A DNA stretch of 64,000 nt from Bacilli bacterium. GTDB lineage: Bacteria; Bacillota_I; Bacilli_A; RFN20; CAG-826. Location: positions 6,447 to 70,446 of the forward strand of contig JAGCCQ010000079.1 in the NCBI GenBank assembly GCA_017651565.1, written 5' to 3'. The notes under the pieces were generated by a model. It ran no database searches. It saw only the letters and a program-made list of their open reading frames with translations, and had not been told where the DNA came from. Positions 28,133-37,017 of this stretch are shown in pieces (position 1 is the first letter of the stretch; each line of letters begins with the position of its first letter). Both the position numbers and the translations under genes were made by a program.

Positions 28133-29503
28133 TTAGTTCTCCTTTTTATCGTGACAATGGCAATGACATTCGTGACCTTCTTCACAATCACAGTCACAAT
28201 CGTCGCCACAGCAACATTCATGTTCGTGTTCTTCGAATAATTCGTCTACAGTTTCTCTTAAGTTTTCTAATTTGACTTCAAGTTGTTCTTGAGTGCCTAA
28301 ATTCTTAAGAATTACTTGATTGTTTTCGACTTCGTTTTCGCCAATGATGATAGCGAATTTTGCGTTTTTCTTTTCTGCTCTTTTGAACATACTTCCAAGT
28401 TTGACATCGTCTAAACACATATCAACTGAGTAGCCAATCATTCTGATGACATTAGCAACTGCAATACCCGTTGTTTGATATTTTCCACCCATAGGCATTA
28501 CATAGAAATCTAATGTGTTATAAATATCTGACGGAATTAATTCGTCGTCCTTTAAAACAGAAACAATTCTTTCAACACCAAAACTAAATCCAACACCTGG
28601 AACATCTGGTCCACCTACTTCTTTGATTAATTTATCGTAGTGACCACCAGCGCCAATAGCGCCGTAATCATTTCCTTTAGAGGATTTATAGTGGAATTCA
28701 AAAACTGTATCTGAGTAATAATCTAAACCTCTTACTAGAGTATCATCTACTTCATAAGGGATAGCCATAGCTTCTAAACAAGAAAGAACATAGGCAAATT
28801 TATCTTTTGCATCTGCTGTTAAATAATCACTCATCTTTGGAGCATCTTTAACGATCTCTTTATCCTCTGGGACTTTACAATCAAGAATTCTAAGAGGATT
28901 AAGTTCTAATCTTTGCTTACAATCTGGACACATTTTATCGATGTGTTTTGAGAAATATTCCTTTAAAGCTTCTCTATAGTTATTTCTACTTTCTTCATCA
29001 CCTAAAGTATTAATTTTGATAGTTACACCATCTAAACCTAAAGATTGAAGAATTGTGTAAGCAAGAGAAATAGTATCAACATCAGCAATTGGATTTGTAT
29101 GTCCGATACATTCAACGCCGAATTGGTTGAACTGTCTATATCTACCTAATTGTGGTCTTTCATATCTAAAAACTGGACCACAGTAATACATTTTGATAGG
29201 TAATTCTTGTAAGTTTGTAATTTTGTTTTGAACAATTAAACGAGCAATACCAGCAGTAAATTCTGGTCTTAATGTTAAAGATCTGTCACCTTTATCTAAG
29301 AATGTATACATTTCTTTTCTGACAACATCACTGCTTTCGCCAACACTACGAACGAATAATTCAGAGTGTTCTAAAACAGGAGGTCTTACTTCTGTGAAAG
29401 CAAAGATCTCAGCAATTCTCTTCATAACGTTCTCAACGTATGAGAATTCACATGCTTCGCTGTTATATATGTCGTGTGTTCCTTTTACACCTATAATACT
29501 CAT
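28133..29503 (-). CDS. hisS: Histidyl-tRNA synthetase with a 33-aa Cys/His-rich C-terminal extension
   Basis: Class IIa motifs (MYYCGPVFRYERPQLGRYRQFNQFGVE, GGGHYD). The extra tail is EEHEHECCCGDDCDCDCEEGHECHCHCHDKKEN. Confidence 0.93.
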   Translation of the reverse strand: MSIIGVKGTHDIYNSEACEFSYVENVMKRIAEIFAFTEVRPPVLEHSELFVRSVGESSDVVRKEMYTFLDKGDRSLTLRPEFTAGIARLIVQNKITNLQELPIKMYYCGPVFRYERPQLGRYRQFNQFGVECIGHTNPIADVDTISLAYTILQSLGLDGVTIKINTLGDEESRNNYREALKEYFSKHIDKMCPDCKQRLELNPLRILDCKVPEDKEIVKDAPKMSDYLTADAKDKFAYVLSCLEAMAIPYEVDDTLVRGLDYYSDTVFEFHYKSSKGNDYGAIGAGGHYDKLIKEVGGPDVPGVGFSFGVERIVSVLKDDELIPSDIYNTLDFYVMPMGGKYQTTGIAVANVIRMIGYSVDMCLDDVKLGSMFKRAEKKNAKFAIIIGENEVENNQVILKNLGTQEQLEVKLENLRETVDELFEEHEHECCCGDDCDCDCEEGHECHCHCHDKKEN

Positions 29504-29512
29504 ATTTTCCTC

Positions 29513-31723
29513 CTAATGAGTTACTCTATTTACTTCGTAAACTCCAGGAATACCATGGAGAATTGCGAAGATATCGTTAAGTTTTTTATTGTTTTGAATC
29601 ATGATTTGAGCAGAAAGAGTTGCGGTTAATGTACTTGAATTTTTCTTTGCGGAAATACTATTAATTGTGATGTGGTTATTTGTTAATGCATGCATTACGT
29701 CAACAACCAAGTTTGCTCTATCTGAGGCTTCAATCATAATATCAACTGGATAAGTTGCGGTCTCAAGACCTTCTTTCCAGAAAACATCGATAATTCTTTC
29801 AGTTTCATTAACGATGTTTGGGCAATCTGCTCTATGTACGCTAATTCCTTTTCCTTTTGTTACATAACCAACAATTGGATCTCCTGGAATCGGAGTACAG
29901 CAGTTTGCAAGTGAAATAGCAATGTTATCTGCACCATTGCAGTAGACTGGAGACTCGTCAAATTTAGTTTGCTTTTTAGGGCTTTGAGTTGGTAATACGA
30001 ATTCCTTTTTAATCTTTAAGAAATCTATAATCGCATTTGGTGTTGGCTTTCTTCCAAATACTAAGACGTAAAGATCGTCAAGATTATCAACGCCGTATTC
30101 TCTAAAGACAGCAGGACTATTTAAATATTCAAGCATTCCTTTCTCATCGATGTTTCTTTCTTTGAAGGCATCAATAAGAGATTGTCTACCTTTATTAATC
30201 TTGTCTTCTCTAACGAGTTCTTCGTTTTTCTTGGCAAGATATTTCTTAATTTGAGTTTTAGCTGTGTTAGATTGAACAAATTTCAACCAACCTTCAGATG
30301 GACCTTCTTGAGTTTTACTGGTTTTGATTTCAACCATGTCGCCAGTTTTTAAAACTGTATATAAAGGAACCATTGCGCCGTTAACTAATGCACCAATTGT
30401 AGAATCACCAACTTTTGTATGGATTCTATATGCAAAGTCAACAGGACAGCTACCTACAGGAAGTTCTATAACTCTTCCTTTAGGAGTAAATACGTAAATT
30501 GTTTTATCAAAGATATCATGGTTCAAATTATCCATGTATTCTGTTGCAGATTGGTCTTCATCAGAAATGGAAACAAAGTCTCTAAACCAGTGCAATTTGT
30601 TTTCAATTTCTTTTTGTTCTGCAGCAGGGTTATAACCAGTTCCCTCTTTATATGCCCAGTGAGCAGCAACACCGCTTTCAGCGATTTCATCCATTTCCTT
30701 AGTTCTAATTTGAACTTCATAGAAATTACCGTCACCACCAACAATAGTTGTATGCAAGGATTGGTACATATTAGATTTAGGCATTGCGATATAATCCTTA
30801 AATCTACCTGGAGCAGGAGTATATGTCTTATGGATTAAACCAAGAATTTCGTAACATTGAATTTCTGTCTTTGTAATAATTCTGAGAGCTAAGATGTCAT
30901 AAATTTCATCAAATTGATGACCTTTGATATACATCTTTCTATAAATAGAATAGACAGATTTAACTCTAGCGGATATTTCAAACGGAATATTGTTTTCGAA
31001 TAAGATATCTGCGATTCTTTTCTTTAATGAATCAAGAGATTTTAATAAGACTTTTTGCTTTTTCTTTAATAAAGAAGTAATTTCTGCATACTTCTCTGGT
31101 TCAGCATATCTTAAGGATAAATCTTCTAATTCGCTTTTTAATTTATCAAGACCCAAACGATGAGCGATAGGAACGAATACTTCTAATGTTTCTTTAGAAA
31201 TAGCCATTTTTCTTTCTTCTGAGAGAGCTCCTAAAGTTCTCATATTATGAAGTCTATCTGCAAGTTTGATAAGAATGACACGAATATCTTTGGCCATTCC
31301 TAAGAAGATTTTTCTATGGTCTTCTGCTTCAAATTCTTCAGCAGTAATATGACTAAGTTTTAATCTTTGAATTTTTGTTAAGGCGTCGACAATCTTAGCG
31401 ACTTCAGAGCCCCAATTCTTTTTAATTTCTTCAATTGTGACATCTGTATCTTCAACGACATCGTGTAAGAGACCAGCTGTAATTGTTGATGGGCCAGCTC
31501 TTAAGTCAGCTAAGATATAAGCGACTTCAATTAAGTGATGGTAATAAGGCTCACCACTTCTACGTGTTTGTCCATCATGTTTCTTTAAGATGAATTTGTA
31601 CGCAGATTTAATTGATTCTCTAGCTTTTTTGTCGTGAATATAATCAAAATAGATGTCTTCTACATCTTCGAATGTATGAAGTGGATATCCACCATTAACT
31701 TTTGCTTTAATAATTTCACTCAT
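29513..31723 (-). CDS. relA: Bifunctional (p)ppGpp synthetase/hydrolase RelA/SpoT (Rel)
   Basis: HD domain (HDVVEDT), synthetase block (YRSLHT-like QSLHTTIV), TGS and ACT C-terminal domains. Confidence 0.93.
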   Translation of the reverse strand: MSEIIKAKVNGGYPLHTFEDVEDIYFDYIHDKKARESIKSAYKFILKKHDGQTRRSGEPYYHHLIEVAYILADLRAGPSTITAGLLHDVVEDTDVTIEEIKKNWGSEVAKIVDALTKIQRLKLSHITAEEFEAEDHRKIFLGMAKDIRVILIKLADRLHNMRTLGALSEERKMAISKETLEVFVPIAHRLGLDKLKSELEDLSLRYAEPEKYAEITSLLKKKQKVLLKSLDSLKKRIADILFENNIPFEISARVKSVYSIYRKMYIKGHQFDEIYDILALRIITKTEIQCYEILGLIHKTYTPAPGRFKDYIAMPKSNMYQSLHTTIVGGDGNFYEVQIRTKEMDEIAESGVAAHWAYKEGTGYNPAAEQKEIENKLHWFRDFVSISDEDQSATEYMDNLNHDIFDKTIYVFTPKGRVIELPVGSCPVDFAYRIHTKVGDSTIGALVNGAMVPLYTVLKTGDMVEIKTSKTQEGPSEGWLKFVQSNTAKTQIKKYLAKKNEELVREDKINKGRQSLIDAFKERNIDEKGMLEYLNSPAVFREYGVDNLDDLYVLVFGRKPTPNAIIDFLKIKKEFVLPTQSPKKQTKFDESPVYCNGADNIAISLANCCTPIPGDPIVGYVTKGKGISVHRADCPNIVNETERIIDVFWKEGLETATYPVDIMIEASDRANLVVDVMHALTNNHITINSISAKKNSSTLTATLSAQIMIQNNKKLNDIFAILHGIPGVYEVNRVTH

Positions 31724-31782
31724 AAAAACACCTAATATATCTTAAGGCATTTTCTTTATAAAATAAAGAGTAAGTGTAAAGA

Positions 31783-33576
31783 TTATTTTTCAGCAAATTG
31801 GACTTGGTAAAGCTTGTAATAATAACCCTTATTTTTAAGTAATTCTTGGTGGTTACCTTTTTCGATTATTTCACCATTTTGAAGAACAATAATTTGGTCA
31901 GCTTTTTGAATTGTTGAAAGTCTATGTGCAACAACCAACATTGTTCCAATGTTTTTGATTTTTTCTAGAGATTCTTGAATTAATACTTCTGTTTCAGTAT
32001 CGATGTTTGCAGTTGCTTCATCAAGAATTAAGATTTTTGGCTTAGCTAAAACTGTTCTTGCAAATGAAAGCAATTGTCTTTGACCTTGAGAGAAGTTTTC
32101 ACCTCTTTCAATGATTTCTTCATCTAAGCCTTTTTCAGTTTTATTAATGAAACTATCTGCATTGACGTATTTACAAACTTCCATGATTTCTTCATCTGAA
32201 TATGATTCATCATGTAGGGTAATATTTGTTCTAACTGTACCAGTGAATAAGAAAACGTCTTGAAGCATTTGCCCAATTGTTTTTCTTAAAGAATCAATCT
32301 TAATATTTTTGATGTTAATGCCATCAATATAAATATCACCTTTTTGGATTTCGTAGTTTCTAACAATTAATTGTAAAATCGTTGTTTTACCTGCACCAGT
32401 CGCACCTACGAAAGCGCATGTTTCTTTAGGATTGATTGTGAAAGAAACATTTTTAAGAATCCATTGATCCTTTTCGTAAGCAAACCAAACGTTCTTAAAT
32501 TCGATTTTGCCTTTAACGTCACCGAGCTCAATTGCATCAGGTAAATCTCTAACAGCAGGTTTAACATCAAGTAGGTTAAACAATCTTTCTGAGGAACTGA
32601 ATGCTCTTTGGATGCCGTTAAGTTGATCAGCCAAGTTTTGGATTGGTTGGAAGAACTTAGAAATATATAAGTAGAATGCTAAAACAGCACCTGCAGTTAG
32701 ACCAAACTCTAAACCAAAGAAGAATACTGTAGCAACAGCACAACAATATAAGAATGATAATAATGGACGGTAAATACCAAACGCTAACATAACGTTATTT
32801 CTACATCTTCTAAGTGCTTCATTCTTTTCACCAAATTCGCCTTCTTTTCTGAGTTCTTGGTTAAATAATTGAGTAATTTTCATACCAGAGAGGTTTTCAT
32901 TTAAGAATGCGTTTAAATCAGAAATATTTTTTCTTTCTTTAGTGAAAATCTTTCTAACGATATTTCTAAAGAAGAATGAAATAATGAACACTACGACTAA
33001 GAAAATAGCCATAATACCCGCTAATGCTGGTTCAATCGTAAACATAATTATGAAGACACCAACAATAGTAATAATGTTCTTTAATGCATTAACAAGAATA
33101 TTAGTGAATAATTCACTAAGGGAAGCTGTATAGTTAGCTACTCTAGTAACTAAACTACCAACAGGCATTTCATTTAGTTGATCTTGAGACATGTTTTGTA
33201 CATGTTCAAAGACTTCCATTCTTAAGTCATAAACAACTTTTTGACCTGCTTTATTAAGAACAAGGGTTTCTAAGAAAATGAATGCTTGTCCTAAAATTGT
33301 TAATATAAACATCGAGACAGCTAAAACAATTACATAAGTCGGAGCACTAACAGAATTCAAAACATCAATAATTCTTGCTTTATGTTGAATTTCATCGATA
33401 ACTCCCTGCATAAACTTAGGAGCAATAACATCTAAAGCAACGTTAATAAATGAAAATACTAATGCCAAAATAACCCAACCGATTTGAGGTTTTAAATATT
33501 TGTATATACGAGGGAGCATTTCTTTAGTCGACATTTTACGGTCGCCTTGTAATTTATCTATATCTTCAACAGCCAT
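31783..33576 (-). CDS. ABC exporter half-transporter (TMD-NBD), canonical-ATPase partner with degenerate signature motif
   Basis: Walker A GATGAGKTT. Walker B ILILDEATA with the catalytic Glu. The ABC signature is FSQGQRQ instead of LSGGQ. RBS GGGAGG. Confidence 0.88.
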   Translation of the reverse strand: MAVEDIDKLQGDRKMSTKEMLPRIYKYLKPQIGWVILALVFSFINVALDVIAPKFMQGVIDEIQHKARIIDVLNSVSAPTYVIVLAVSMFILTILGQAFIFLETLVLNKAGQKVVYDLRMEVFEHVQNMSQDQLNEMPVGSLVTRVANYTASLSELFTNILVNALKNIITIVGVFIIMFTIEPALAGIMAIFLVVVFIISFFFRNIVRKIFTKERKNISDLNAFLNENLSGMKITQLFNQELRKEGEFGEKNEALRRCRNNVMLAFGIYRPLLSFLYCCAVATVFFFGLEFGLTAGAVLAFYLYISKFFQPIQNLADQLNGIQRAFSSSERLFNLLDVKPAVRDLPDAIELGDVKGKIEFKNVWFAYEKDQWILKNVSFTINPKETCAFVGATGAGKTTILQLIVRNYEIQKGDIYIDGINIKNIKIDSLRKTIGQMLQDVFLFTGTVRTNITLHDESYSDEEIMEVCKYVNADSFINKTEKGLDEEIIERGENFSQGQRQLLSFARTVLAKPKILILDEATANIDTETEVLIQESLEKIKNIGTMLVVAHRLSTIQKADQIIVLQNGEIIEKGNHQELLKNKGYYYKLYQVQFAEK

Positions 33577-33582
33577 AAATAA

Positions 33583-35379
33583 CTACCTCCCTTCCACTTC
33601 TTTTTCCAATTCTTGCAAATAAACCATCTTTGCATAAGTTGGAGAAATCTTTAATAAGTTTGCAGGTGTGTCAAAAGCTTCGACACGACCATCATTTAAA
33701 ACAATAATTTTATCTAAGTGACATACTGTAGAAACACGAGAAGCAACAACTAATGTTGTTTTGCCTTTTCTGAGTTCTTTTATGTTCTTTAAAATTGTTT
33801 CTTCTGTTTTAACGTCAACTGCAGAAACACTATCATCTAAGACCATGATTGGACTATCCATGATGAATGCTCTAGCAATACTAATTCTTTGTTTTTGACC
33901 GCCTGAAAGAGTTACACCGCGTTCGCCAGTAACTGTTTCATATTTGTCTTTGAAATGCTCAATATCGCCACCAACACAAGCAAAGTCAGCAGCAAATTTA
34001 ACTCTATCATCTGCTAAATCTACATCACCAAAAGCAATGTTACGTTTGACAGTGTCTGAGAATAAGAAATTATCTTGTGGGACATATGAAATGCAATCTC
34101 TGAGAGATTTAACATTTGCTTTCATAATGTCGATATCATCGATAAAAACTGTATCTTCTTTAACGTTATATATTCTTAATAATGCGTTAACTAAAGTTGT
34201 TTTACCACGACCAATTCTACCGACAATGCCGATAATTTCACCTGGTTGAATAACTAAGTTAATATCCTCAAGACTTTCTTTGTCTTTTGTTGGATATGTA
34301 AATGAAAAGTTTCTAAATTCAATTTTGCCTTTAACATCATTTAACATAACTGCATTTGGAGCATCTTGAATGTCTTCCGGAGCGTTCATGTAGTTTTCAA
34401 TTCTCTTCATTGAAGCTTTACTTCTTGAGTACGCAGCAACAATTTGTCCCATAGCGATTAATGGCCAAATCAATGAGTCAAAGTAACCAACTAAGACAAC
34501 TAAATCTGGTCCACTAATAGCAAAAGCCATGCCTAAGAAATCAACTGTTTCTCCAGTAACAGCTAAATAACCACCAAAGCCTAAAATCATAGCAAATAAT
34601 AAGCCGATAACTACTTCAATAACGACATCAAAGCCTATTGAAATAAGAGCAAACTTAACGTTTACGTCTTTGTTTTGATGTGCTACTTTGCTAAAAGCAA
34701 TAATTTCTTGTCTTTGTTTAACGAAAGCCTTGATAACTCTAATACCAGTAAAACTTTCTTGTGCAAAATCATATAATTTATCGAATGCTTCTTGTCTTTT
34801 TGTCCAATTATCAGACATGATTTTTTCAACTAATAATCCCCAAACAACAATTAAAATCATTGGGATTAATAAAATGATTAAGAATTGCCATGATAATAAA
34901 CTAATTTTTAAGAAGCACATGAAAGAGAGTGCAAAACCATCAACCATCATAACGACACCAAATCCTAGGTAGTCTGAGATCTGTTCAATGTCGTTTGTAA
35001 ACCATGACATGATATTTCCGACTTTGTTTGAGTGGAAGTATTCGACAGAAAGCTTCTCAGCTTTTACAAACATATCGTGTCTAAGTTCTGCTTCGATTTT
35101 GAAACTCGCTCTAAATAAAGTGAAACGCCAAAGCATTCTTCCTATCATTAAGCCCGCGCCAATTAAAACAGTAAAGAGAACTATTTTAATAATGTCGTCA
35201 CGCATTTGCTGTGAGAAAGAACCAACTTCAGCAGCACTTTCAAAAATTTCGACTAAGTCTCCCAAGAACTCTGGGATGAATAGTTGAATATAATCGACAA
35301 ATACCAGCGCTAGTATACCTATAAGGTAAAAGTACCAGTATTTGCGGTAATATTTGTTTAAATACTTACTGAATAACAT
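33583..35379 (-). CDS. ABC exporter half-transporter (TMD-NBD), degenerate-site partner
   Basis: Walker A GRIGRGKTT, signature LSGGQKQR, Walker B IMVLDDS with Asp in place of the catalytic Glu. The start is uncertain: MLFSKYLNKYYRKYW at 35379 is preferred over the track GTG at 35424. Confidence 0.85.
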   Translation of the reverse strand: MLFSKYLNKYYRKYWYFYLIGILALVFVDYIQLFIPEFLGDLVEIFESAAEVGSFSQQMRDDIIKIVLFTVLIGAGLMIGRMLWRFTLFRASFKIEAELRHDMFVKAEKLSVEYFHSNKVGNIMSWFTNDIEQISDYLGFGVVMMVDGFALSFMCFLKISLLSWQFLIILLIPMILIVVWGLLVEKIMSDNWTKRQEAFDKLYDFAQESFTGIRVIKAFVKQRQEIIAFSKVAHQNKDVNVKFALISIGFDVVIEVVIGLLFAMILGFGGYLAVTGETVDFLGMAFAISGPDLVVLVGYFDSLIWPLIAMGQIVAAYSRSKASMKRIENYMNAPEDIQDAPNAVMLNDVKGKIEFRNFSFTYPTKDKESLEDINLVIQPGEIIGIVGRIGRGKTTLVNALLRIYNVKEDTVFIDDIDIMKANVKSLRDCISYVPQDNFLFSDTVKRNIAFGDVDLADDRVKFAADFACVGGDIEHFKDKYETVTGERGVTLSGGQKQRISIARAFIMDSPIMVLDDSVSAVDVKTEETILKNIKELRKGKTTLVVASRVSTVCHLDKIIVLNDGRVEAFDTPANLLKISPTYAKMVYLQELEKEVEGR

Positions 35380-35428
35380 ACTGTAATTATTAAATAAATT
35401 TACTATTAAAGTAAATAATAACACCTTT

Positions 35429-37012
35429 CTATTTGATTTCGGAAATCAAAAATTCTATAGATTTAATTGATTTGTAGAATGAAACTCTTAGACTACCTAA
35501 GAAATCTACAGTGTCTTTGCCAAACAGCATTTCTTTTGAAATGTTAAAACCGGTAATTTTACTATTTGTGCCGATTTGAGTAATTATATGTTTGAAATCT
35601 CTTGAGTATTTTAATGATCCAACTCTAATGTTTTGTAGGTAGAAAATTGGCTTTTTCCAATCTTCTCCAAAAGGACCGAATTTAGAAATTAAATCGAAAT
35701 TCTCGAAACTAATTTCTGTAATTGATAATGGAATAGAAGGTTTTTCTACTTTTGTAACTGGATTTTTGATTGCGAATTCGTTGAATCTTCTTTTGAATTC
35801 ATCAAAATCCTTTTTGTTAATAGAACATCCGCCTGCAAGTGAATGACCTCCATATGCAATCATCAAATCTTTCAATTCGCCAAATGCTTCTACTACGTTA
35901 AAGCCTTCCTGAGAACGGCAGCTGCCTTTTAATATTCCTTGTTCAGGATTATATGTAAAGACAATCGAAGGCTTTTTATATTTGTTTAGTAATGAGTTTG
36001 CGATAAGACCAATAAGGCCTTCTTTTTCGTCAACTTCAACAACAATCGAAGCATCTTCATCTTTAATATCGATATCGCTTTCTAATAATGATTTAGAAGC
36101 ATCTTTTCTTTCGTTATTCAAATTTTCTATCCAATTATAGTAGGTTAAGATACTATCTTTTGATGTATTGGTAAAGAATTTGATAATGTCGTTAATAGAT
36201 GAATCTTCTACAATTCTACCTACAGAATTGATTTTTGGAGCTATTGACATACCGATTGCATTTTCATCAAATGGATCGCTACCTTTGAGTAAATCGATTT
36301 GATAAAATTCGCCATCTGTATATCTTTTAAAAACTATTCTTAATAAATCCCTATTGTATCCTCTTAAAGGCATCATATCGCTAATAATAGAAATAGATGC
36401 AAGAGTAGAAAGATATTTATCAAAACGCTTAAGCATATAAACAGAGAACAAGAATGCAACTGAGGCACCACTTGTTGAATATTGACTCAATTTTGATAAA
36501 AATGGATGCAAAATTACATTTGCGTTAGGTAAAACTTCAGGTGCTTCATGGTGATCAAGAACCAAAACGTCCACATTGTTTTGTCTGAGAAATGCGATTG
36601 GTTCTACAGCGCTTACACCATTATCAACACATATACAAAGTCCGATGCCATCTTTGACCATTTGACTTGCTTTAGACATGTTTATGCCATATCCATCTTT
36701 ATATCTGCTAGGAACACAATAAGTAACATCATAGTTAAGATATTCAAACATTTTAACTAAGATTGAAACACCCATAATTCCATCAGCGTCATAGTCGCCG
36801 TAGATATGGATTTTCTTACCACTTTTCACAGCATTATTAACTAATTCAACCGCATCATTTACATTGTTAAAACGATATTCATTAACAAAAGATTGTGGGT
36901 TAACGTCTCTTGTTAATAATTCGAAATCTAATTCTGTGATTGAATAATAATCTAATAATCTATGAAATAAATTGTTCATGTTACAAAAAATGGCTACCTT
37001 TTCAGTAGCCAT
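35429..37012 (-). CDS. recJ: Single-stranded-DNA-specific exonuclease RecJ (short form)
   Basis: DHH motifs (IYGDYDADG, VLDHHEAP) and DHHA1 GGHSLAGG. The start could be the internal Met at residue 12. Confidence 0.85.
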   Translation of the reverse strand: MATEKVAIFCNMNNLFHRLLDYYSITELDFELLTRDVNPQSFVNEYRFNNVNDAVELVNNAVKSGKKIHIYGDYDADGIMGVSILVKMFEYLNYDVTYCVPSRYKDGYGINMSKASQMVKDGIGLCICVDNGVSAVEPIAFLRQNNVDVLVLDHHEAPEVLPNANVILHPFLSKLSQYSTSGASVAFLFSVYMLKRFDKYLSTLASISIISDMMPLRGYNRDLLRIVFKRYTDGEFYQIDLLKGSDPFDENAIGMSIAPKINSVGRIVEDSSINDIIKFFTNTSKDSILTYYNWIENLNNERKDASKSLLESDIDIKDEDASIVVEVDEKEGLIGLIANSLLNKYKKPSIVFTYNPEQGILKGSCRSQEGFNVVEAFGELKDLMIAYGGHSLAGGCSINKKDFDEFKRRFNEFAIKNPVTKVEKPSIPLSITEISFENFDLISKFGPFGEDWKKPIFYLQNIRVGSLKYSRDFKHIITQIGTNSKITGFNISKEMLFGKDTVDFLGSLRVSFYKSIKSIEFLISEIK

Positions 37013-37017
37013 GCTTT

